DNA of 64,000 nt from Antedon mediterranea (taxonomy: Eukaryota; Animalia; Echinodermata). Under the pieces are notes generated by a model, which saw only the letters and a list, made by a program, of their open reading frames with translations, was not told the DNA's origin and ran no database searches. Position numbers and translations under genes: made by a program. Shown here piece after piece: positions 1 to 13,501 of the stretch. The stretch spans positions 7,120,201 to 7,184,200 of the forward strand of contig NC_092670.1 in NCBI RefSeq assembly GCF_964355755.1, in the 5' to 3' direction. Positions within the stretch are counted from its first letter, which is position 1; each line of letters opens with the position of its first letter.

Positions 1-307
1 ATTAGTTTAGGCAATGCTTCATCTGTTACATTTTGAAACCATCATTATACCAATATTTAATCATTGGGCCGCATCTTTGTACGCAATGGGAAATGATAAA
101 ATATGCTTTATTTATTACAACTACTTTAAACCACAGGACATATCAAACCATTAACATTAATATTCAAAGAAGGGAAAAAGTGGTGAAAAAAAAAATTATG
201 AAACAAATGATGCAAAATTCTAGTAGTAATACAGTTGGTTTTTAATATGTAATGATGACTGTTTGTTAATTATAGTTTATATAGCTTTTATAATGTATTG
301 ATTACAG

Positions 308-377
308 GTCTACCATCTGTGATTGTTGCGATAACTGTTGGTGTTGACGTCGACAATTATGCCAATACAAAGCATTA
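308..377 (+). CDS. Adhesion/class B GPCR gene 1, penultimate coding exon (TM4 end/ECL2)
   Basis: ttacag acceptor; reads GLPSVIVAITVGVDVDNYANTKH; phase-2 donor TA|gtaagt joins in frame to the exon at 667. Confidence 0.8.
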
Positions 378-666
378 GTAAGTGACAAGACCATTTAAAA
401 AAGAATCCCTCTTTATTCTTCTTAATTCAAGCTTCTAACTGTGCTTATTCATGCTTTGCATCTCTAGTATTTATTATGATCAAGGCTCATTTGACGGATT
501 TCCTTTACGGTTTTATATTATATATGTTTTCATTGTCTTATATTGTAACTTTATAGTTGCCTCCAAATAAATATTGTTGTTTGTAGGAATATGCAGTACT
601 ATATTCTTTAATGTACTACAATACAGAATAAACCACTTTTATTTATATCCACAATTTTTTTTTCAG

Positions 667-1249
667 TTGCTTTCTTGTTGTAACCCGTATGTATTACAGC
701 GTAGCATTACCTATTGCCATCTTATTACTCTTCAACGTGGTTGTATTTATTATGGTAATGTACAGTCTAAGCAAACTTGGTAACGTTGCAAAACAAGCTC
801 ACCGAATTCGGAAAAAAAACAATGGCATGCATTTACTACAGAATGCTGTGTGTATATCGGTAGTGATGGGAATGACGTGGCTTATTGGATTCTTTGCAAT
901 TGGTAGTGCCTCCGAGATGATCCAGATACTCTTCTGTATTTTGAATTCCTTTCAAGGATTTTTTATATTTCTTATGTATTGTTTAAGAAGTAAAGATATT
1001 CGTAAATTTTGGGTAGAAAAAACTCGTAATAGATTGAAATCAATGTCGTCAACTTTTAAAGGAACCAAAAACAGCACCCTGTATTCCAGTGGACGTAAAA
1101 GTAATTCAACGGGTTTGAACACATCTAAAAAAGTTCCTGAGTTTTCATCGAACCAAACAAGTTCAGATTTTAGAAATTATACAAATAGCAACCAGGTATC
1201 CTTTGGCAAATCTTCAAATGTTTCTAATGACTTAAGTTATCGGAGATAA
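667..1249 (+). CDS. Adhesion/class B GPCR gene 1, last coding exon (TM5-TM7 plus Ser-rich C-tail)
   Basis: tttcag acceptor; CFLVV..YYSVALPIAILLLFNVVVF, ISVVMGMTWLIGFF and LFCILNSFQGFFIFLMYCLRSKDIR are 7tm_2-type TM5/6/7 motifs; ends at TAA. Confidence 0.9.
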
Positions 1250-2744
1250 CAATTCAACACATACAAACAAAAACCTGTTTTCACCCCTTCCTTCCCTTCA
1301 GATACCTGATAACCGCAATTTTACTCCTTTTAAAGTATTGTTAATGTTTTTATAAAGCCGTTTTTGTTTTAATAGCCTCCATTCTTTCTCCGTAATAATT
1401 TTAATGATATTTATAATTGAAAATTCCTCATTTTCTTCCTCAAATATTCCTCATTAATTATAATAGATAATAATCAATGTGTTTAGCTTTTCTAAAAAAT
1501 ATAATGAACATTTGTATAATATGTGCACTTATTACGTTATTATTACTATTGTAATGTATTATGATATAAATATATAAACATTATCTTCCAATGTATAATA
1601 TTTTAGTTAAATTATATATTGGTATCATTATTATGTCTTATTTTAATAGTGCTTTTGCGCTTCACATTATTACTCGGAATCACATAATGTATATTGACAT
1701 GCTCCTAAGTATAATTATATATCTGTATATACAATTACTATAAAACGATATTTTACCAAAAATGTTTAAGTTACATTATTCAGATTTTATAATTATTATA
1801 TTGTACCAACATTTTATTAATAACTTACTATTCTGTATTACATATACGCTATTTTTGATAATCAGTTTTAATTAGAATTATAGAATGCTGTTTCACCTGA
1901 TAACAAACCTCCTAAAGACATGTTTGTTGTTTTTGCTTTTTTAATGAATTTTAAGATATATATATATATGAGATATTAAGACATGGATTAGACAGACATG
2001 TACAAGGAAATACTGTATAACAATGTAGGCCTACTATACAACAATGTACTATATAGCAATGTACCGTAATAATCTATTTTTGTTCGACACCAAATATATG
2101 CTCCAGTTTGACATATTCTAAAATACACCGTACAATCACCTTCCCCTTCATAATACGTCATTAAAATATCTAAAGCAATTTAACTTCGAATTTCAGTGTA
2201 TGATTTTGTTTTAATTTTAAGAATTGCATACTCGGATCGTTTGCATTTTGTAGTAATCGCGTGAACGTTGTTTTTATATTGGTTTTTTTAATAATTATTA
2301 TTCGATTTATGCTGGTACCGTTTCGTACTTTTGTTATTTTTGTAATCGTTTACGTTGCTGTTTTTGTGCTGTTGATATTTCCGATTTTGTTTTGTAGTCA
2401 TTTTGTACTTGTCTCGTTCGTAACACCTGAAATAAATTTAGCGCCGAGGGTAACTAACCAATCGTAGCATTGTATGTAAATGATTACGTATTAAGCCAGC
2501 TGCACTGTACGTGAAACATGTCACCGTACATACGCAAATTACAGACACGAATTACATATTCTTTTTTTCCTATTGGAAGGTACTACTGAAGGTGAGAATT
2601 CATGTTTTATTTGTGCAATGTGATGTTTCAATCAATCGTAGGGTGACGATTAGGGAGACATTACCAGTGTCCAAATCGTACTCGACGTGTATGTCATGTT
2701 TAACTTTCTATCTCATAAGTCGCCCACAACTGATAAACCAGTCC

Positions 2745-2880
2745 ATCGGTGAGCGAATTAAGACAGTGGACTCCATCGTCATCAAACCTGGAAGGGTTCG
2801 AGGTCCACTCGCTTATTTTATGGTTCTGGTAATAACGTTTTCTCGGATAAGGACTAAACTATAGGTCTATTTGCACGCAC
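2745..2880 (+). mobile_element. Degenerate tRNA-derived DeuSINE fragment
   Basis: ttaagacagtgga, ggttcgagg and ttctcggataaggact match the SINE at 28409. Confidence 0.6.
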
Positions 2881-4210
2881 AATGTTCGCTGAACAAAAAA
2901 AAAACATAGTACATTTTTCAAAACGAGTAGGTAACTAGCTACTGTAGTGGTGGTTCACATGCAGCCACTGTCGTGGACAGAGGCGAGGACGTCATAAGAG
3001 CAGAATAAATAAAGAAGAATACACCCAAATGCTATATTGTATAGTTTGCTTTGGTGGAGTAATATAACAACTTTTATTTGGAATCAACACATTGGTAATA
3101 ATAAAAAAGCTCTTGCTGGTCTTCATTAAAGAAAGAAAAAATTGTATCATTATCCAAATACATACAATCATTGATTATTGTTTATAAATACATTGCTCCC
3201 CTTTGATTATTGTAATGTTATATGTAAAGTAACCAAACAGAAAAAAATCGATGTGTTAAAATCACAGCAATTAATTACAAGATATGTTTCAAGTTATATA
3301 GCAATGTAGTAAAAACTAAACTGGATCTATTTCAACATAAAATTACTTTGACAGGTCTATTGATATTTTTACAGTTTGTAAAGAAAGTACTGAATAATAG
3401 AAAAATTTGTGGAATTTTGTTATTATCGTTTCCTAATTGTACTGCATACGGCAGTTACACAGTAAATGTCACGGTTACTTTTAAATCATCGTATCGGAGA
3501 AATGGTAACAAAATATCAAGCAGAATGTGCAAAGGTATAAAACTACATAATAATATTCATACATCAATATCTCAATCATTTGAGGTACTGTATAGTGAAC
3601 TATGAACCACGATGAAAGCTACTTTAAAAACAAACAATTCTCTGTACAGTGTCTAGATTTCTCCGGTATTATAGAAGTTTTTTGGTAATATAGCATCACA
3701 TTTGTTTTAAATGTATATCCTAGTATTCTACCATGACCTTACCATTTTCATGACACTGAGCATCGAGTATTTAAAAAAGGCATTTGATAGAATAGGTAAC
3801 TCCGAGTAACCCTTCTAAACATATTGTTGCATGACTTCCTTGTACCTATCGACCTGGTATTTTCTAGTTTATGATGTTTTCTAGAGAATATTCAAAAGAA
3901 ACTCACTATAGAATAAACAAGGAAGCTACAGGTAGTTCATAAAGCAGTAATAGGTTTATATTTATTTAGTATTTCTTGGTTCAAATTCAATCGATCCTAC
4001 TAATCAGTACTATTCCTTTGTAGATACACAATGTCACCCCTTGAGCATATTGATCATTTGAACCCCCTGGTACTAGTTAAACAAATCAAATCAAGCATTT
4101 ATAGGCCTAAAGCATTATACATTTATCAATTATTTCCTGGTTCAAACAACGTTCTGTTCATCCCAAAAGAGTCAAACTATGAGACATTATCTTCTTTGCA
4201 TTTATATGAA

Positions 4211-4268
4211 ATGTTACTAACATTTCTGATTTTGATATTTGGAATTTTTAATTCTGTCAATTCCCAAA
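4211..4268 (+). CDS. Signal-peptide exon, copy 1 (MLLTFLILIFGIFNSVNSQ)
   Basis: ATG, hydrophobic core, phase-1 donor A|gtgagt. Confidence 0.65.
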
Positions 4269-4910
4269 GTGAGTATTTTTCTTTCTTAAGCTTTTATTTC
4301 GGAATGTCTGGAGTCATAGAAAATAAATATAATACGCTCGCCTACCATCTAGGTCGTGTCCACAGCTGACGGTTCTCATCTATTAATGGGATATATATTG
4401 GGACCCAACAAATTGTCACAGGATAGGGTTTTTAGCAGAAAAATAATATAACAAAATGATAAATAATCGATCCGGACTCAAGAAATTGAGAACAATTGAA
4501 CATTTGGCAACCAACTCGGTATCACTCACAGCTTATATTTATTTAGTATTTCGTGGTTGAAATAGAATCCTACATTATTCAAAGGTGTTTTGAAAGGCTA
4601 CGATTCAAAATAAATACGTCACAATGTATTGCAAACTATAATGCATTATTCTTTATATCTACAACTGTCTACGTTCGTCTACAAAACACCAATATAAAAC
4701 CATTTGAGCATATTAATCTTTTGAACCTCCTGGTACCTTATTCAACATATCAGAGCAAGATAAACGTATATAAAATTAGTTCCTGGTACACACAACTTTG
4801 TATACTTTCAACTTTTTAAAACCATGTTGAAGATATTGTTTTGAATAAAACATTTTTAGTTGTGATCAGACGATTAGTGTGCCTACCTTGTGTTTACATT
4901 TAAAAGGAAA

Positions 4911-4968
4911 ATGTTACTAACATTTCTGATTTTGATACTTGGAATTTCTAATCTTGTCAATTCACAAA
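4911..4968 (+). CDS. Signal-peptide exon, copy 2 (MLLTFLILILGISNLVNSQ)
   Basis: Near-identical duplicate 700 bp downstream with intact ATG and A|gtgagt donor. Confidence 0.65.
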
Positions 4969-7266
4969 GTGAGTATTTTCTTCCAAGTTAGACTTTAATC
5001 AATATCTGGATCTGGTCGTGAGCATTTTTATGTCTGTAGTCAAGTTCCAGAAGACTTTATAAGGTTTTATTGACACATTTGTAATGCAAAGTCAAAATCA
5101 ATTACATGTAACCATTCTACACGTAACACGAAAGAAATACAGCATCAACTTAGTCAGTGGGGTTGATGGCTGAAGACAGATAATAATAGAGAGTGTAAAT
5201 TAAATAGTTGGCTTATAATCGATATGTTACTATCATTCCTATTAACGTTGGAATACGAATCAAATAATAAACTTAGTTTGTTGAAAACTGGCAGTAGTCG
5301 AGCCTCTTGGGTGTAGTAACTCAGTCTGAAGTTGGGCACTTTGTTGATTCCCTCAACTGGCTGTGGACTTATAACACACAGATTCAAAATTGGTCAATCT
5401 TCCTTCAACCCGAATTGAATAGATTTGAAATTAAGTTGTATCTAAATCTGAAATACCTGAATTTGTTGAGCAAGAATAAGTTTAAATACAATTTATTTCG
5501 GAACGTACAAAGAGGACCTGCCTGCTCTTAATAGGTTTAGAGTAAGTCAAGTCAAGTCAAATAAATGTATAGTCTTGAAATGAATTGAATTGTTTTGGCT
5601 AACAACAAATAAATAGAACTTAAACTACATGGTGAACCAGCCTCACAATAATTAACTCATATTTATAGTATGCAGATGGTTAGCAATTTCGGAATGATAG
5701 TGACTCGGTAAAACGGTTTTAGAAGGACGTTCTAGTTTCGAAGTTTTCGGTTACCATTTTTGAAATACTTGAAAAAACTAAACCTACTCTGTTTCACAGT
5801 GTCTCAGATGATTAATAACATTTTAAAGTATAGTGTTTATTGTTTGGTAGGGCCCGTATATGGCGGAGGTGGGGAGGCGGAGTTCATTTGAGGGAGGTGC
5901 TTATTCGAGGATACGTTTAATTTTTTAGTTTGAATAATAGGGTAACATTTAACAATCAAATCGAATCTTTTAATAGATATGAAAGTGGTAAAAAGAATAA
6001 CAAATGCTTGGTAAATTGTAAATAACAGTCCGATGAATTCTATAGTATAATTGTGTTATAAATATAATACAATATTGTGTTTTTGTTGTGTGTAAAAATG
6101 TGGATGGGCGGTTCTAAGTGATATTTTATTGGAGAGGTGTTGGCTGTTTATTCAAATAAATACCATCCTAATTGGTATAATTAAAACATTATTTAGTTAG
6201 TTAGAAACTAACTTCCGCGGCACAGTGAGCCGTTTCGTTTCGGCCTAAGAAAGTAGACGTTAAACGGCTTGTAATGGGGGAGGGGCGTACGCGCGAAAGA
6301 GGGGTGGGTTTGGGAGGGGGTGGGTTTGGGAGTGGTTGTCCCCCCCCCCATCGTGTCCCCCTCCCGAGCCTTAGAAAATTTTGAAAAAAATAGATGCTTA
6401 CACACTGTTTAATAGGCTAGAGCAACTGTTTCTATTACATTTAATAACAATGTCACATAATGTAAATTTAAATAAATCCTTCCTAAATACTCTAATACGG
6501 ATATTTTTTCGACGAACTAATAATAAACTTTGATCGAAAAACACTTCATTTGGTAATGCGGCACTCCGAAAATGCCTCGATAGTGCATGTGTTTAGTGTA
6601 CGACTGTGCTTTGGTGGTCTGTTTAACCTCAGATATATACCCTATAGCCGGGTGAATAACTCAATGTAATTTAGTATACAATGATTGCCGTAATCGCCGT
6701 GTCTATAACACAAATCAATAAAATGCCAAATACGCCACACACGTTTTTTTCAGCCGTGTACATAGAACAAGACATTTCATGTTCATGTTATGCCTATGAA
6801 TTAATAATAGAAGGTTTCCCCGACGGGGGGGGGGGCAGCTTTCCCCGACGGAGGAGGCCCTTCTACTGTACCTTCACATGCGCAGTCCGAAAATAAACAA
6901 AAAACTTAACTGGCTATCGCTATCAACGGCAAACTTAAAACCAGGAAATTGCAAGGTGATGACTCAACGTGAACCCGGAAATGACTTCTACCATGTACGG
7001 TTGAAAATGTACCGATGAAATCAGAAATGTTGTTTTAAAACATGTTATAATATCTTCCTAAGATAGAAATGTCGTAATAGTGAGAACTAATGTTATCAAA
7101 TCTACGTTTCGCAGTACATCTGATATAGATGAGGTAGGTAACCTAGACGGACATTTGTCCCGAAGTTTTTCCGTTACAGTAGTGGTCTGGTACCAAAAAG
7201 CAGATTGTTCTTCATTTTCTCTTACTTTCTTTGTGTTAATTCTGTTTTTCCTTTTTTTGTTATTAG

Positions 7267-7545
7267 ATAATGAACGTTCAATTATTGACTGCCCCACAAA
7301 TGTCACTTCAAATAATTACATCGGAGGAGTATCTGGACTAATAAATATCCAAACCGATCAAAAAAGTCCAAATGCAACAGTCACGTGGGATCCTCCTGTG
7401 ACAAGTGGCAATGGAACAGTGACTGTGGTGTCATCACCATATGAGTCAGGTGACATGATTCCAATTGGAACTCACACAATCACCTTTACAGCAACTGATC
7501 TCTTTGGCAATAATGGAACATGTGACTTTGTTATCAAGGTGGAAG
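7267..7545 (+). CDS. HYR domain exon (type A)
   Basis: ttag acceptor, G|gtaaat donor, 279 nt; IDCPTNVT..VTWDPP..IGTHTITFTATDLFGNNGTCDFVIKVE. Confidence 0.85.
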
Positions 7546-7729
7546 GTAAATTATTAAAAACCTATAAAAGTATTTATCGTAATATCAAACAAAAATAGTA
7601 ATACAAGATAAACTAAACATCAATTATAAATGTGATTAAACCACGATAATACAGTTTTTTTTATAACCTAATAACAATGTTACTATGTAAACATTAAATG
7701 GAAAAATAACATATAACATTAATATACAG

Positions 7730-9741
7730 ACAGAAAGTTGTAAGATTATGTCATTAAACGCTTCTGTTTTCCATACTTCAGGAGGTATTGGCCGGCCGGC
7801 AGCCTTGTTCGTTTTAAGGCCTTTAAGAACTATTTTGAGTTCAGCTTCTATGAAGTTTCCTAGTTTTATTTGGAGGTTTTCTTGTATGATCATTTTGATT
7901 GGTTCGTCTGACACTGTAGGAGTTTTGCCAAGGAGATTAGAGAAATATGTCTTCCATTTATCAAGGCGTTCCTGTTGACTATCTGCTTTGAGTTTTGCTT
8001 TATTTGATTTCTTTCTTCCACTAATGTCGTTTATTATTTTCCAAACCAAGGAGGATTGTCTATTTGCATGGGCATTGTTTATATCGTCGATTCTATCTTG
8101 GACATATTTAGATTGTTCAGATTCGTAAGTGTCAACAAGGTCTTTTTGAGCATCAGCAAAAGACTTTTCGCTAGCCCTCGTCGGGAAGGCGTTTTTTTCT
8201 GACGTTGCGTTTTTCAGTAATTGCATTGGTTTCCCAGGGAACCTTACGTTTCAATTTCGGCTTCAGTGGAAGAGCAATTTTAGAAGCATGGTCATGTGCT
8301 TCGATCAAACTTTCATACACAGAGTTTGCTGATGCTGATGTTGATTCGCGTACCAATTGAAGAGCATCGAAGCGGTTCCTCACGGCAACTGTGTAGATGT
8401 CTCGAGTATTTTGGTTGGATAGAACTGACCAGTCGTAAGATGGTGATATTGATTTTGTTGCTTTTTTAGCTAAGACTAAGGCGTATTTTTGTTGAAACAA
8501 TCCTGTGATCTGAGCTCACTCCTTCAAACGTATTATATGCCTCACTATTGACGATGCTGTTAATCCATTTCTTATTTACAAGCATATCATCGAGTTGGGC
8601 TTTCATTCCGTGAGGGTATGTATGTGTCCACAGCTTTGATGGTTTCTTTTTCAAAATTGGTGTTTAGACAGATGAGATCATTTTCATCGGCGAAGTCTTG
8701 TAGATATTGACCGTTTCGATTTGTTTCATGGTGGTAAGTAAACAGATGATTTTCTTTTCCAAGTTTTACATTCATAACACCTCCCATTACCAAAACATTA
8801 TGTTTAGGGATATTTCGAACAAGTGAAGAGAGGGCTTTGTAAAAGTCCTCAACATCATCCTCAAGGCTAGTGTTGGTTGGACTGTAGCACAAAATAACGG
8901 TTGTTGCAGGATTTCCGTTAAAAGAAGCAATGATTATTCGAGGGAGGATCATTTCGATATTACTCAAAGATCTCTGGGCGTTGGGACTTAGCAGGATTGC
9001 AACACCACCGATGGAAGCATTCATATTGTTCTTCCAAGGAGAAGCTGAGATAAATGTCCAGCCTTTGCCAACATCGAGGTTTTTAAGTGTCAAGTCATCG
9101 AGAAAGAAGCGGTGTTCCTGTATGCAGAAAATTTCGATGTTGAAAAGAATTGCAGAGGCAACGAGTTCATGAAGTTGATTTATGGTGTTCAGAGTTCGAA
9201 CGTTGAACTTTGAGAAGGTTGTCGTTCTCTTACATTTTATAAAGTGTTATTGTGACTTTGTAGTTGATTTTTCGAGCACTGAGTAAAAGTCGTACAATCA
9301 GTAGAACGCGCCCCCTGGTAACCCGCGCGACGGGCGATGCGGTATGTTGTGGGGTTTCGAGTACGAGTCATCAGATTACTTTCGGTGGCTATGTACTACT
9401 AGGATACGCCAGGTCTCTAGCAGTGCAGTACTTCCTTTACAAAGTTGTTTTGCTTTTGCCATTGTGCATGAAGCATCCTCCGCCAACGCAAAATGGAAAC
9501 TTTGCCAGAATAAGTATTTGTTGTTATCTGCCAAAAGAATCCAACCCTCATCCTGCGGCCAATGACTTCACATTAACCCTGACAGGGCAGCTGCCGGGTG
9601 CTACGCCTTTCTGAAGGGCAACCCGTGATTTTCTCCGGGACTGCTTATCTAATATTCGCAGCTAACCTCCATATCTGAAGTCCGTAATCTTCAATCCGCA
9701 ACCTGGGGACCCGGTGGATGGGAGTCGTCTCCGCACCACAA
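7730..9741 (-). mobile_element. RTE-clade LINE, frameshifted, 5' portion only (5' UTR, AP endonuclease, tether, start of RT)
   Basis: ORF pieces with CYSPTN, TNRNG, SDH and LKTNKAAG..IPPEVWK; 5' UTR motif CAGATATGGAGGTTAGCTGCGAATAT resembles RTE elements (from recall). Confidence 0.8.
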
Positions 9742-10341
9742 ATAATAATATGTTGGTGCTAATTTATGTCTATTTTGTGCCTTATAGTATATCCATATAA
9801 TACTGTATATATCTACAGTGTAGCATAGTTGAAATTACTGGACCCACCTTTTATTCAAATTTTTTAAAGAACAGTTTCCGAAGATAATTGTTTACCAACA
9901 ACACATTAAAATGTTTAAGGAATTCTGATACATAGTATCTAGATGCGCGCTCTTTTAAATGTGATGAACTATGACGTAAAAGATGAAAATCCGACTTTTT
10001 TTTAATATTAAACTGGCCATATGATGACGTCACAACATCCGATTGGTAAAAATGTTTACATGAATTCTACAATTCAGCAGCTTCCAGAAGACTATCACTT
10101 TTTATTCTGACAAGTTAAAACATGTTGAAATTTACTGTAAATATGAAAATAAGTGATCCACGTTATTCAATGCTAGTATTTAAGCATATATCCACAAACT
10201 TTATTAAGATTAGGCCTATTTTTAAGAATATTTGCTACATTTTGTTTTCTCTCTTGTAAGATTGATATGATTTATGCTACGGTAGACCTAAGGTAAAATA
10301 AGCTTTCGTCATTGACATGAATATCCTAAATTTAATTGTAG

Positions 10342-10392
10342 ATGCAACAGCAGAATTACAATCAGAGACTACTAACTCAACGATGGAAAATG
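10342..10392 (+). CDS. Ser/Thr-rich linker microexon (DATAELQSETTNSTMEN)
   Basis: tgtag acceptor, G|gtaagt donor, 51 nt, phase 1-1; paralog at 13690. Confidence 0.6.
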
Positions 10393-10458
10393 GTAAGTAC
10401 AATCCTACAGCATTTGTATATTTCATAAATTAATCACATTAGTGTCATGATTTTCAAT

Positions 10459-10967
10459 AGAGAGGTTTTGCAATCTTACGAATACGATAACGAAAACGGA
10501 TACGTCACGCACACGTATTCGTTTTCGTAAGCCATAAAAAAATCTGTTTCGCATGGCAACAAAATATTGAGGCGCGTCCAAAATATGACTGCGGTAAATT
10601 TGAGCGAAGCGCAGGTACGTGTTGCTTGGTGCTTGGCTGCCTAGGCCTAGCGTAACATCAAAGCGAGTGAGGACTTTAAAAAACTGCTATTTATCTAAAT
10701 TGACCTGGCATTTTAGTAAATTACTTTAGTAAATTACTTTCAATAAATCTATAATTATATTATAATCATGAATCATTCCTAATTCAAATGCAAAATGTGC
10801 AAAATAGATCAAAAACTATACTCGTTTTGTAGTTACGAATATGACTGGTGATATTCGACAACACGAATATGCTTTACAAATATGAAATGGGGATCAGCTC
10901 AAAAGTTTCACAAATGTATGACGTGTCCGTTTTCGTTATCGTATTCGTAAGGTTGCGAAACCTCCCT
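10459..10967. mobile_element. TIR MITE copy 1 (Harbinger/ISL2EU-like, family tentative)
   Basis: About 50-bp imperfect TIRs: AGRGAGGTTTYGCAA..TACGAATACGATAACGAAAACGGA. Confidence 0.7.
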
Positions 10968-10980
10968 ATTGTGTGTTAAT

Positions 10981-11323
10981 AGGGAGGTTTCGCAACACTA
11001 CGAATACGATAACGAAAACGGAAACGTCACGCACACGTATTCGTTTTTGTAGGCCAGTAAAAATCTGTTTCGCATGGCAACGAATATTGAGGGCGCCGTT
11101 CAAATATTATGACTGCGGTAAATTTGAACGAAGCGCATGTACATGTTTCTTGACTGCCTAGGCCTAGCGTAACATCAAAGCGTAGTAGTTACCAATATGA
11201 CTACTGATATTCGTCAACACGAACACGCTTTACGAATATGAAATGGGGATCAGCTCAAAAGTTTCACAAATGTGTGACGTATCCGTTTTCGTTATCATAT
11301 TCGTAAGCTTGCGAATCCTCCCT
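10981..11323. mobile_element. TIR MITE copy 2 (internally deleted tandem copy)
   Basis: Same TIRs as 10459-10967, flanked by aat/aat. Confidence 0.7.
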
Positions 11324-11439
11324 AATAACATTACCAAACGTATATATAAACTTTCTATACCATTAATTAAACATTTTAGAAGTTAACAACCGATTTACCG
11401 AAATGTGTTTTTTATATATTGATACGTTTCTATTTGAAG

Positions 11440-11544
11440 GTAGCTGTTTAGGAAAATGTGGTGGAAGGGACAAAAGCTGTTATTGCGATAACATCTGTGA
11501 AGAATTTACCGACTGTTGTCCCGACTATCTATTGCTGTGTCAAA
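11440..11544 (+). CDS. Somatomedin B domain exon 1
   Basis: GSCLGKCGGRDKSCYCDNICEEFTDCCPDYLLLCQ, 8-Cys SMB pattern; 105 nt, phase 1-1. Confidence 0.85.
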
Positions 11545-11751
11545 GTAAGATTTAAATTGTTCAAACAATTTTCTTATTTTAAATTACTTGTAATTGCCCG
11601 GTACCGTACCGTTTATATCTAAACTATAGTTATTATTTATATATCGTTATATAATGTAATATATAAATTATTTCATTAAATTTTAAACCGTCCGGTGATA
11701 TAGTGAATATTAATTAATTATTCAATTTGAAACGATAAGAAAACTACAGTT

Positions 11752-13066
11752 TCTATATATAAATTTACGTAAGGGCAAAATTCGGTAAATCGCGCGTTAT
11801 TTCTAGAATGTTTACTCGATGGTATATAAAGTTGGTTCGTACTTTCGGTACTGATTTTAACCACCTGATGTAACCCTGTTTACTAATTAAATTGAGTTCG
11901 ATAATTAGTTATTGACGATTAAAACGAATTTAGGTTCAACGATTTGCCACAAATAGGGGTGTTTTTCGATGGTGGTATACACTGTCTAATGGATGTCCGT
12001 CTTGAAAAATACCCGCAGACAATAATACGAGGATGCTTCGCATTTTCCTATCTCCTCCTACGATAATTGTTTTTAATGGCTGAAAACCGGTTGAACAGCT
12101 CGAGTATAGCATCATAATGTTGAAGACAGGCCGATTTTCTTTAAAAAATACTATTTTGATAGATTTAATATACGTTTATACAAATGTATTGATTTGCGAT
12201 GAATGGAACATTCCAATCTCTGTTCCACAAGTGTCTATTCCCTCAGGCGTCGTAAAGGCAAGTACAGGTACTGTATACTCATAACAGAAATTCGGTTGGA
12301 TATAAATTTTTTTTAAACGGATAATGAGCTAGCGTTTTCACTCGCCGTATATTATGTACACAACTTTGGTGGGTAGGGGGTGGGTAGGGTAGGAACCAAC
12401 TTAAGTATGAATTTGCTCTAAGAACCAATTGAAAACCATTAGGCCTACTAATTAAGTTGAGTTAGATAATTTAATATTTATTGACGATTAAATCGAATTT
12501 ATGATTTTCGCCGAATAGAGGTGGTTTTCACGAATCGTTTTACATTATATAAACATATATACGTCGTAGTGATGTATCGTTACATGTACTGTACTATTTC
12601 AATCGACTATGACGGTGATAGTTTCAAAAAAGTATTAAATCGCAATGTTTTACTGTGTTTAGTGGTATATTATTTGTAAAACATGAAAACAATTAATATT
12701 TCGTTAATAAATGGGTAAAGAATATATTTAAAAATTGTTCCTCTTTGCACCCATCCTCTTCCCCATCCCTCAACCCAAATGTTACATACAACACACAATT
12801 TAAGTTCGTTTAAATTTGACTTAAACAATTGGTCTCATTTTGTGACAAGTTTCTCTTTCGGAAGTAATTCCCAGGGTACTAATTTTACAGTACATAAATC
12901 ACAGTGTCTATTTATTCGTTCCTGTAAACGACATGTATTATTGTCCTGCGGTATACGTATAAATTTGAAATCGCCAGTTTTTTTAACGCTGAAATTATTA
13001 TGTATTCGAGAACCATCTGTGGGCACGACCTAGATGGTACGCGAGCGAAGCGAGCGTACCATCTAG
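11752..13066 (+). mobile_element. Non-autonomous Helitron (family X)
   Basis: 5' TC, 3' hairpin ending CTAG, no TSD; five related copies in the window. Confidence 0.8.
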
Positions 13067-13453
13067 TTAATATAATTATGTTAACGTCCCTTGCTAAAAA
13101 CTGGATATAATATGGACAACTCATTAAATTATTATATGTTAGATTAAATAAATATAAACAAATATGAAATCAATTTACATTAACTTTAATCGATTGTCTA
13201 TAAGTAAATTGTTTAAATAATTACTATTTTAATTTTCTAATGGAATTACAAACATACCATAATAATATATCGACTACGATAGGTGGTACGTTAACTTAAA
13301 GTCAAATCCATGTTTTTTTAATACTGAAACCTTTTGAAGTATAGTAGGTTGGTTTAATGCTATTCTTAATCTAATCATGAAGATTAGTAGTTGTTTTTTC
13401 CCGTAGATTATTTTGCTTACTACATTTGTTGTTTATCACCCTTTTTACTTTAG

Positions 13454-13501
13454 ATATTTCTTTGGGCACAGATAAAGTAACTGAATGGGTTACCATAACC
13501 G
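13454..13501 (+). CDS. Linker microexon (ISLGTDKVTEWVTIT)
   Basis: Pyrimidine-rich tttag acceptor, G|gtaagt donor, 48 nt, open, phase 1-1. Confidence 0.5.

Noticed and set aside
2261-2467. Hydrophobic 68-aa ORF as a membrane micropeptide
   Set aside because: Produced by T-rich low-complexity sequence, starts at GTG, and has no other support.
6208-6900. GC-rich segment with ccccgacg motifs as a promoter or a complete hAT copy
   Set aside because: It shares subterminal motifs with the 14951 hAT, but I could not find paired TIRs or a TSD, so it is left uncalled.
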